From contig CAJQNM010000598.1 of assembly GCA_905479665.1 (NCBI GenBank), forward strand, positions 1 to 29,384: 29,384 bases of DNA, read 5' to 3'. The position numbers and the translations under genes were made by a program. Positions 1 to 7,872 of the stretch are shown piece by piece (position 1 is the first letter of the stretch; each line of letters opens with the position of its first letter). The notes below the pieces were generated by a model. The model ran no database searches and was not told the DNA's origin. It was given only the letters and a program-made list of their open reading frames with translations. The stretch is from an uncultured Saprospiraceae bacterium (GTDB lineage Bacteria > Bacteroidota > Bacteroidia > Chitinophagales > Saprospiraceae).

Positions 1-1
1 T

Positions 2-1084
2 GCTCAAGAAGCTGATGAGGCAAGATTAAATCGTGACCTCGAGGTAGCTGCGGAAGTCCTCGAAACACTACTTAATCAGGATCTCGCGAACAATCATAAT
101 TATGGTTTTTGGAGGAGTGAGGTAGAGGCACGTTATGTACCAGATTTGGGAGTCGTTTTTGCCATACCTGAGAGACCTTTTCCTGGCCAATCATTTATTC
201 TTAGAAATGATGGAGATCATGACCTTACTATTGAGCACGACGGAGTGATCGTCAAGGAAAAAGATCTGCTAGAAAAAGGGGCGGAGGGTAACAATGAGGG
301 GCGGAGCGATGAAAATGAGCAAGTGATCAAAACAGTCAAGGATTTTCTGGCAGACTACGGCACGTTAATTCAAGCGCTGGATGCTGATGATCGGGTAGTG
401 GTCCGACGATCAAAAGGAAAGAATAATCCCAAAAGGATGGCATGGGCGATGGTCGCAGGTGGAAAAACTAATAAAAAGGCAATGTCCAGACCAAGGGGTC
501 TACAAATAAGTGCATCAATGGCCGATATTTTAGCCTTTGAAAAAGGCGAAATAGATCGCGAAACATTTGATGAACGGGTCACCGTAAAGGAGGAAACAGA
601 TGAGGAAATGAAGGAAGAGCCTGAGCTCGCGGTGTTTGGGAGCATTCTTTATCGTGTTTTTAAAGCCGATTTTTCGAAATCATATTACATGGATTCTAGT
701 CCATGGCACGAGCGTCTGAGTGATTTTGGAGTTACTTATCACGTCAAGGTTTATTCAAGTTCGTCAGATGATGGGAAGCACTACATCACGACCCTTGATA
801 AAGGAAACTTATCCCAGCAAGAACGCAACGAAATTGTGGATGGTATGTACGATGATTTTGTCTCTTCATTCAAAGAAAACGTGCTGGACTACGGGCACGC
901 TCTTCGTAATCTAAGTGATGATGAGGTGTTGGTTTTTGCAATAAATCTCACGGAGTGCGAAGGCTGCGATATGCCCAGAGAGATTGAGCTGTCGGTAAAA
1001 AAGTCAGTTTTGACGCAGTATCGTAAAAATGAGCTATCGCTAGAGGAGGCAATGAAGGAATTTTCACTGAAGAAAGTGCGGTAG
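2..1084 (+). CDS. Hypothetical protein, 5'-truncated by the window edge; two tandem homologous domains
   Basis: The frame of ORF 146..1084 stays open back to position 2 (AQEADEARLNRDLEVAAEVLETLLNQD...), so the true start lies upstream of the window. The stop is TAG at 1082-1084. No family recognised. Confidence 0.8.
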   Translation, partial: AQEADEARLNRDLEVAAEVLETLLNQDLANNHNYGFWRSEVEARYVPDLGVVFAIPERPFPGQSFILRNDGDHDLTIEHDGVIVKEKDLLEKGAEGNNEGRSDENEQVIKTVKDFLADYGTLIQALDADDRVVVRRSKGKNNPKRMAWAMVAGGKTNKKAMSRPRGLQISASMADILAFEKGEIDRETFDERVTVKEETDEEMKEEPELAVFGSILYRVFKADFSKSYYMDSSPWHERLSDFGVTYHVKVYSSSSDDGKHYITTLDKGNLSQQERNEIVDGMYDDFVSSFKENVLDYGHALRNLSDDEVLVFAINLTECEGCDMPREIELSVKKSVLTQYRKNELSLEEAMKEFSLKKVR

Positions 1085-1099
1085 CAGTACTCTGCGGTG

Positions 1100-2644
1100 C
1101 TAACCTTGGGGACCAAATTTGACCAAGACAATTCCATTTTCAATCCGGGTGGATTCCGCTGCAGGCCAATCATGCATAGATTTTAGGAGCTGTCGTCCCT
1201 GGCGACGTTCAGCTCCGCTAGGCGTCCGAAAATAATTTACCCCCATGAGCCGTAGCATAGCGACAATGCGGTTGCTGCCACCCTCACCCTTACTCAACAT
1301 CGAACCCCCGAAGGTTTCTTCTCGGACACGGGTAGGTAATAGTTCTTGCTTAGGAGTTCCGGAAAATACAATCGGTAGTGGATCGTCACTATCTAACTGA
1401 TCGCCATAATTAATTTCTAGCATATTGACGATCCGGTTGGCCAATAGTCGATCATTTTGCCAACTCACGTAATCAGAATAAAATAGTTTGGTATTGGCTC
1501 CGATGTAAAATGTCAAGCAAAATAAGGAGAGTGCCAATAAGCTCATCTTCAGCATGCGACCTGCCAGTGGTGTAGCCAAGCAGACCAATCCTGCAATCAT
1601 CAATGGGAGGGCCATCATCGTGCGCCCTGGCCAAATATGACCAGTAACTAGAATAAAAATAAAAGGAGATAAGATCGCTCCGGCTAAAACCAATAGTCCG
1701 AGTACTCGATTATTAATTTTAGCTATTTTCCAAAGCCTGCGCAGGAGTATGAAGAGACAAATGGTCACCACCATTCCTGTCGCATATCCGATATACCACC
1801 GATGTCCGATTAATTGGGCGATGATCTCTTTGATCACAAAAACAGGATCATACTCTTGCAAAAATGAGCCCGCATAAAATCGATCGATGGTATGATAGCG
1901 ACCCGATACTTGAAAGATTTTGCGCAGGAGAGTGGATATGACTTCGTGGGCAGCCACTGCCGACATCAAGCATGCTGCAAAGAGTAAAATAGTGCGGAGT
2001 ATTTCTTTGACTTTGCGGATGGAATTTTGTCTGATATATTCGTGAGAAAGGAGATAAAATAAGTATACAACAGGTGCAGCAAATAGAGTGGACTGGTAAA
2101 GGGATAAAGATCCAACCATGAGCAATGTGCTGTAAAGCATTCGTGGCCAGGTAGGACGGCCATGAGCAAACAAGCCAGCACCCAGGACTGCCAGTAACAT
2201 GCCTAGGTAATACCCATAATTTGCCATATTAAATTGATAAACAAAGGCAATGAGTGGAGAGGTGAGTGCAAAGATTGCTGCTAGATATGTAGCAAGCCCG
2301 GGTGAAACCCGCCAGATGCGAAGGCAGGCGAGAAAAGAGAGTAAATTGATTGCGATTGCGAGCAGAAGATGAAAATAGGGTAGAGGCGGGCTGCTTTGAA
2401 AAATGAAGGTCATGATTGCCATGCCCCAGCGATCCATCTTTAACCAACTATTTACCGGAAACTTCTTGTGAGAAAATATCTCCTCGTCGATAGACAAAGC
2501 AACATTAAATAGCTCGAAACCAAAGGCGAGTAGAGAAATGGCGATGCAGTATGCCAGGAAGTAGCGATGTCTTTGCAGTGCATCGACCAGAGTGAGACCC
2601 TTTTTCTCGAGGGTGGCTAAAAGTGAATCACGAGTGCGAGGCAT
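1100..2644 (-). CDS. GT-C fold membrane glycosyltransferase, GtrII-like (Glucos_trans_II-type)
   Basis: 514 aa with about 11-12 hydrophobic segments, an acidic SIDEE motif after the first TM helix followed by RWG, and a soluble C-terminal domain starting YSDYVSWQNDRLLANRI. This layout is typical of GtrII-like glucosyltransferases. Confidence 0.7.
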   Translation of the reverse strand: MPRTRDSLLATLEKKGLTLVDALQRHRYFLAYCIAISLLAFGFELFNVALSIDEEIFSHKKFPVNSWLKMDRWGMAIMTFIFQSSPPLPYFHLLLAIAINLLSFLACLRIWRVSPGLATYLAAIFALTSPLIAFVYQFNMANYGYYLGMLLAVLGAGLFAHGRPTWPRMLYSTLLMVGSLSLYQSTLFAAPVVYLFYLLSHEYIRQNSIRKVKEILRTILLFAACLMSAVAAHEVISTLLRKIFQVSGRYHTIDRFYAGSFLQEYDPVFVIKEIIAQLIGHRWYIGYATGMVVTICLFILLRRLWKIAKINNRVLGLLVLAGAILSPFIFILVTGHIWPGRTMMALPLMIAGLVCLATPLAGRMLKMSLLALSLFCLTFYIGANTKLFYSDYVSWQNDRLLANRIVNMLEINYGDQLDSDDPLPIVFSGTPKQELLPTRVREETFGGSMLSKGEGGSNRIVAMLRLMGVNYFRTPSGAERRQGRQLLKSMHDWPAAESTRIENGIVLVKFGPQG

Positions 2645-2721
2645 GTATTAAAGATAGAAAGGGTAGTCCTACTACCTAACATTCGTGACACAACAGTGAC
2701 AATTCTCCTGATCTCCCACTG

Positions 2722-2729
2722 TACTTTTG
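2722..2729 (+). promoter_or_regulatory. Bacteroidota primary-sigma -7 element (TACTTTTG) for hemA
   Basis: Exact TAnnTTTG match 15 nt upstream of the ATG at 2745. Confidence 0.65.
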
Positions 2730-2744
2730 CTCTTCGAGCAAAAA

Positions 2745-3947
2745 ATGCAAGCCACTTTCCATATCGCCATGGTTTCACACCAAGAGATTTCTCTTGATAA
2801 TTTGGGGTCATACGCGCTTCAAGTATCTGAAAATCAGACACTTGAGGACCGACTGAGTGATCTGAAGGAAGCCCTCGCTGCTGAAGAACTGTACTACCTC
2901 AGTACATGCAACAGAACGTTGTTCCTGATCTGTCGCAAGCAGGAATTGAGCTTGCCTGAGCTATCCTTGCTCTTTTCAGGCCAAGATCTGGCGCCTATCG
3001 GTCAGTACAGCGGACTAGCAGCCGTCCAGCATCTTTTTGAAGTGGCATCGTCCATGCACTCTCTGGTTGTCGGGGAGCGCGAGATCATCAAGCAAATTCG
3101 GGATGCCTATCGTGATCAGTTGCCTTGGGGTATGACGGGCGATCGTGTGCGATTGCTGATCGAGCAGACCGTACGTGCAGCGAAGAAGGTATATGCCGAC
3201 ACAAGAATCGGCGAAAAGCCAGTTTCGGTCGTTTCGCTGGCGGTTAAGAAACTGATGCAACACAATCTCCCTAAATCTGCCAAGTTTCTACTGGTTGGTG
3301 CTGGTGACACCATTCAGTTGGTTTTGAAGCATCTGACCAAAAAAGGGTACAAGAATTTTACCATTTACAATCGCACCGCCGACCATGCCCAAGTACTGGC
3401 AAAAAATCTCAATTGCAACGGCTATGACCTCAAGCAGCTGAATCAACACCCGGATCAAATCGACTGCTTGATTGCTTGCACAGGTGCACAAGATCCGACG
3501 GTACGAAAAGAGACGCTTCCGGATCATGTATTGAGACAGATTCACGAGACCGTATGGATTGATTTAGGATTGCCGGCAGACATCGACAAAGTCATTGGTG
3601 ATGAGGCGGTACAAAATTATATCGGTCTTAGCAGCCTGCGATCTCTGTCAATCGAGAATATGGCATTTCGCAAGAAAGAGGTCAGCCAAGCGGAGATAAT
3701 TATTTCAGAAAAACTCCGCGAATTTCGGCAACTGCTGGAATTAAGAAATATCGAAGTGGCGTTTCAAAAGATACCTACCAAAATCAAGTCGGTGAAGGAA
3801 AAAGCCATCCAAGAGGTCTTTGCCAAAGACTTGGAGAGCCTCGATCCCGACACGATGCAGGTGATCAATAAAATGATGGATTACATGGAAAAGAAATGCA
3901 TCTCTATTCCGATGAAAGTTGCGAAGGAAGTTGCGCTTAAAAATTAA
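2745..3947 (+). CDS. hemA: Glutamyl-tRNA reductase
   Basis: Catalytic STCNR motif, GEREI motif, Rossmann GAG motif, IYNRT and DLGLPADID. The ATG at 2745 (A-rich context, just after the -7 box) is preferred over the TTG at 2727. Confidence 0.93.
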   Translation: MQATFHIAMVSHQEISLDNLGSYALQVSENQTLEDRLSDLKEALAAEELYYLSTCNRTLFLICRKQELSLPELSLLFSGQDLAPIGQYSGLAAVQHLFEVASSMHSLVVGEREIIKQIRDAYRDQLPWGMTGDRVRLLIEQTVRAAKKVYADTRIGEKPVSVVSLAVKKLMQHNLPKSAKFLLVGAGDTIQLVLKHLTKKGYKNFTIYNRTADHAQVLAKNLNCNGYDLKQLNQHPDQIDCLIACTGAQDPTVRKETLPDHVLRQIHETVWIDLGLPADIDKVIGDEAVQNYIGLSSLRSLSIENMAFRKKEVSQAEIIISEKLREFRQLLELRNIEVAFQKIPTKIKSVKEKAIQEVFAKDLESLDPDTMQVINKMMDYMEKKCISIPMKVAKEVALKN

Positions 3948-3952
3948 TAGCT

Positions 3953-4855
3953 ATGATGCTTTTCGGGTCACGAAAGATTGTTCTGATATTTCTCACATTG
4001 CTTCCCCTTGTACTATGCGCTCAGCAGGATTTTGCTGATGTTGAAATACAAATCCATGATGTAGCTGAAAATATCTACATGCTGGAGGGAGCGGGTGGTA
4101 ATATTGGGGTATGCATAGGGGGCGATGGGGTACTTATGATAGATAGCCAATATGGACCACTGAGTGACAAAATTAAGGCAGCAATTCAGACGCTCTCAGA
4201 AGCAGAGATCAACGTTTTGGTAAATACACATCACCATGGCGATCATACGGGGGGCAACGAAAACTTTGGCAAAGAGGGAGCTCAGATTGTAGCCCATCAG
4301 AATGTAAAGGAGCGTATGAGCAATGTCCAAAAGAGTGCTTTTCGCCCTGAGATCCCGGCTGCACCAGAAGCCGCAAGACCGGTCATGACCTATACGGACG
4401 AAATGGAGATCAGATATAATAATCAGGATATCATGTTGATCCATGTAGATCATGCCCATACGGATGGTGATGGCCTTGTCTACTTTCCTGAATCAGATGT
4501 GATCCATATGGGAGACACTTATTTTAACCATCGCTATCCCTACATTGATCTGGGCTCAGGCGGATCAATCGACGGCATCATAGAAGCAGCAAACACGGCT
4601 CTTTTCCTGGCTGGAAACAACACCAAGATCATTCCTGGGCATGGGCCATTGTCAAATGCAGAAGAGCTCAGAGAATATCGTGATGTGCTTATGCATTTAC
4701 GTCGCGAAGTAGCTGAAGCGATCAAAGAGAGCAAGACACTGGAGGAAATTCAGGCAATGAAACCCGGTGCGGCCACTGACGAGGGGTGGGGTGCAGCCTT
4801 TATCAATGGCGATCGAATCATCGAGATTATCTACAAAAGTTTAGCAGAAGAATAG
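3953..4855 (+). CDS. Secreted MBL-fold metallo-hydrolase (cyclase/glyoxalase II-like)
   Basis: Signal-peptide-like N-terminus, THHHGDH (HxHxDH), HTDGD, MGD and IPGHG metal-binding motifs. Confidence 0.88.
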   Translation: MMLFGSRKIVLIFLTLLPLVLCAQQDFADVEIQIHDVAENIYMLEGAGGNIGVCIGGDGVLMIDSQYGPLSDKIKAAIQTLSEAEINVLVNTHHHGDHTGGNENFGKEGAQIVAHQNVKERMSNVQKSAFRPEIPAAPEAARPVMTYTDEMEIRYNNQDIMLIHVDHAHTDGDGLVYFPESDVIHMGDTYFNHRYPYIDLGSGGSIDGIIEAANTALFLAGNNTKIIPGHGPLSNAEELREYRDVLMHLRREVAEAIKESKTLEEIQAMKPGAATDEGWGAAFINGDRIIEIIYKSLAEE

Positions 4856-4912
4856 TAATAACCAACCGCTGATCGAATCCGCGCCTACCCTCCGGATAAA
4901 ATTCCTTTGCGA

Positions 4913-5359
4913 TTAAAACCGATCCCTTTTAGCACGATCCAGATCGCGCTGTTCATCGCGATCTTTTATTGACTTGCGTTTGTCATACGCCTTCTTGCCT
5001 TGAGCAAGTGCAATTTCAATTTTAATTAATCCACGATCATTGGTGTATAGCTGGTAGGGTACGACGGCAAAGCCCTTTTCTTTGGCCTTTTTTTCAATTT
5101 TTCGGAGTTCAGCTTTGCTCAACAATAATTTGCGCTCGCGACGGGTCTCCATTCCTGCGGGTGCCATTTTATACTCAGCGATGTACATTTTCAAGATGTA
5201 GAGCTCACCATTTTTAAACATACAGTATGCATCATTGAGATTGGCCTCTCCTGCCCGAACCGATTTGACTTCGGCCCCGGTAAGTTGTACCCCTGCCTCA
5301 AACATGGCGAGAAAGTTATACTCAAATTTCGCCCGGCGATTCTTAATAGTTTTGGTCAT
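4913..5359 (-). CDS. smpB: SsrA-binding protein SmpB
   Basis: NRRAKFEY, EAGVQLTGAEVKSVR, RERKLLL and GKKAYDKR motifs; 148 aa. Confidence 0.97.
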   Translation of the reverse strand: MTKTIKNRRAKFEYNFLAMFEAGVQLTGAEVKSVRAGEANLNDAYCMFKNGELYILKMYIAEYKMAPAGMETRRERKLLLSKAELRKIEKKAKEKGFAVVPYQLYTNDRGLIKIEIALAQGKKAYDKRKSIKDRDEQRDLDRAKRDRF

Positions 5360-5364
5360 TGATC

Positions 5365-5685
5365 TTACTCCTTTTCAATCTTTACGGCTGTGCCATAGGC
5401 CAAAATCTCCGATGCACCTTGCATCACCGTTGCGGTCATAAAACGCACGTTGATGATCGCATCTGCTTCTAAAGTCTTTGCGTCGGCAACCATGCGCTCT
5501 ATGGCGTGCTCGCGAGCATCGGCCATCAACTCGGTATACGAGCCGATCTCGCCGCCTACGATACTTTTGAAAGCGGCACCAATATCTCGTCCTATGTGAC
5601 GAGCGCGAACGGTGCTGCCTCTGGCAACATCCAATACTTCAATAATGCGATATCCAGGTAGAAAATCTGTAGTGCTCAGTTGCAT
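5365..5685 (-). CDS. YbjQ/UPF0145 family protein
   Basis: 106 aa with GSTVRARHIGRDIGAAFKSIVGGEIGSYTELMADAR and EILAYGTAV, the YbjQ-family signature. Confidence 0.92.
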   Translation of the reverse strand: MQLSTTDFLPGYRIIEVLDVARGSTVRARHIGRDIGAAFKSIVGGEIGSYTELMADAREHAIERMVADAKTLEADAIINVRFMTATVMQGASEILAYGTAVKIEKE

Positions 5686-5688
5686 AAT

Positions 5689-7839
5689 TTATATTTTTTG
5701 AAGAACAAATTCGGTCAGCTTGGTAAATAAATGGATTTTCGCTTTGCCAATATTAATAGCATGTGCCTGGTTGGGATAAAACATGGTGTCAAAGGGTTTT
5801 TCATTTTCAATGAGGGCCTTCGCCATCTCAGCGGTATGTTGGAAATGTACATTGTCATCACCCAATCCATGAACCAATAAATAATTCCCGTTTAGACGAT
5901 CGGCAAAATATACTGGACTATTTTTCTGATAGCCCGCTGCATTGGTCTCCTCAGTGCGCATGTAGCGCTCGGTATAGATGCTATCATACCACTTCCAGTT
6001 TGTAACCGGCGCAACTGCAATGGCAGATTTAAATACACCATCGCCTTTCATAATGCACAAGGACGACATATAGCCGCCATAACTCCAGCCAAAGATACCG
6101 ATTCGGTCCGCGTCGATATATGGCAGGTTTCCGAAATATCGAGCGGCTGCAATCTGATCCTCGGTCTCGTATTTTCCCAATTGCAAATAGGTCGACTTTT
6201 TAAATTCTTCTCCACGCGCACCCGTACCTCGATTGTCAATGCAAGCAACCACATAACCATGCTGGGCCAACATTTGAAACCACCAGTGAAATCGCACCTC
6301 GTACTGATCGGTGACCATTTGACTGCCCGGACCACCGTACAAAAACATCAACAACGGATGTTTTTTAGATGCATCAAAATTGACGGGTTTGATCATCCAG
6401 CCATTCAGGTCCTGCCCGTCTTCATTTTTGACGGTCAGAAACTCCACCGGACTATGAGGTTGGTCTTTCGTGCGTTTTTTTAATTCTGCATTGTCTTCTA
6501 GTACTCGTACTTCGACTCCATCATGACTGCGTACACTGTATCGTGGAGGAGTATTTACCGACGAGCTGTTTAATACGTAGTAGTCGTAGGTGGTGCTAAA
6601 TTGTGCACTGTTCCATCCTGCCTCATTTGCCAGGGTTTGTTGAGCACTGCCATCAATAGAGACTTGCTGTACTTCTCGTTGCAAGGCATTGCGCTGTGCT
6701 GTTTGATAAAAGACCAGGTCGCGCTTTTCATCATAGCCATAAAAGTCAGTGACATCAAAATCTCCTGAGCTCAATTGACGCACCACCTTGCCTTGCATGT
6801 CGTAAAGATAAATGTGGTTGTAACCATCTTGCTCGCTGGTCCATAGGAAGTGTTGCTTGTCTGCAAGAAAAGTGAGGTTATCGTGAATATCGATGTAGTA
6901 TTCATTTTTTTCCTGCATAAGCATTGTGGTGGTGCCAGTAGAGGCATCTGCAAGGAGTAAGTCCAGTGCATTTTGCAACCGGTTTAATCTGAAAACGCAA
7001 AGCTGCCCCGGCTCTTGGGTCCACTTTAGGCGAGGCACATAAATGTCCTGTTCCACACCAAGATCTGCCTCGACCGTGCTGGCGTTTTCCAGGTGGTAAA
7101 TTTTGACCTGTACCCGGCTATTTTTTTCTCCCACTTTGGGATATTTGAAGGTCACCGCTTCGGGATACAACTCGTCCCGATAATTCATCAAAGTAAATTC
7201 GGGAACCTCCGATTCGTCAAACCGCACAAAGGCAATCCGCTTGCTGTCGGGCGACCACTCAAATGCTCGCACCAGGACAAGTTCTTCTTCATACACCCAA
7301 TCTCCAGCTCCATTGATGATTTCATTCTTTTTTCCATCATCAGTGACCTGGGTGATTTCTCCAGATGCGATATGGTGCACAAATAAGTTGTTGCCGGAAA
7401 CAAATGCGACTTGATTGCCATCTGGAGAGAATGTGGCGTGGCTTTGTTTTTCAGGAGGATACAATTCCTTAGCTACCCCGTCTGCCAAGATGAAAAATCG
7501 GTCGCGAGTGGAGTGGCGATAAATTTTTTCAGAATCCGTACGCAACAATATTTTACGCTCATCCTCACTGAAGGAATAACCTGCAAGCTTCTCTATCGAA
7601 GCTGTACTTGCGGCATCAAACAAGACCTCTGTCTGGCTGCCTGTAAGTAGATCATATTTTTGAATTTGATTGGCCTCCAACCGGGTATACGATTTCCCGT
7701 CTTTCATAAATCGAAATCCAGGTACCGTCTTGGCATCAAAAATCTTTTGCTCAAAGATCTGGTCTAGCGTGATTTCATTTTGTGCCTGTGCCTGTTGCAT
7801 CGCCATCAACCCAATTAAACAAAGTACTTTTACGCGCAT
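5689..7839 (-). CDS. Dipeptidyl peptidase IV (S9B family), secreted
   Basis: Signal peptide, DWVYEEE substrate-binding motif, GWSYGG nucleophile, DDNVH Asp and C-terminal His (NQAHAI). Confidence 0.95.
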   Translation of the reverse strand: MRVKVLCLIGLMAMQQAQAQNEITLDQIFEQKIFDAKTVPGFRFMKDGKSYTRLEANQIQKYDLLTGSQTEVLFDAASTASIEKLAGYSFSEDERKILLRTDSEKIYRHSTRDRFFILADGVAKELYPPEKQSHATFSPDGNQVAFVSGNNLFVHHIASGEITQVTDDGKKNEIINGAGDWVYEEELVLVRAFEWSPDSKRIAFVRFDESEVPEFTLMNYRDELYPEAVTFKYPKVGEKNSRVQVKIYHLENASTVEADLGVEQDIYVPRLKWTQEPGQLCVFRLNRLQNALDLLLADASTGTTTMLMQEKNEYYIDIHDNLTFLADKQHFLWTSEQDGYNHIYLYDMQGKVVRQLSSGDFDVTDFYGYDEKRDLVFYQTAQRNALQREVQQVSIDGSAQQTLANEAGWNSAQFSTTYDYYVLNSSSVNTPPRYSVRSHDGVEVRVLEDNAELKKRTKDQPHSPVEFLTVKNEDGQDLNGWMIKPVNFDASKKHPLLMFLYGGPGSQMVTDQYEVRFHWWFQMLAQHGYVVACIDNRGTGARGEEFKKSTYLQLGKYETEDQIAAARYFGNLPYIDADRIGIFGWSYGGYMSSLCIMKGDGVFKSAIAVAPVTNWKWYDSIYTERYMRTEETNAAGYQKNSPVYFADRLNGNYLLVHGLGDDNVHFQHTAEMAKALIENEKPFDTMFYPNQAHAINIGKAKIHLFTKLTEFVLQKI

Positions 7840-7864
7840 TATTGCAGCTTTCTAATTTCATCAG

Positions 7865-7872
7865 CAAATATA
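7865..7872 (-). promoter_or_regulatory. -7 element (TATATTTG) for the DPP IV-ybjQ-smpB unit
   Basis: Plus-strand CAAATATA reads TATATTTG on the minus strand, an exact TAnnTTTG match about 25 nt upstream of the ATG at 7839. Confidence 0.6.

Noticed and set aside
4856-4912. tmRNA (ssrA) next to smpB
   Set aside because: The gap is only 57 bp, and no GGGG...ACCA tRNA-like ends are visible anywhere in the window.
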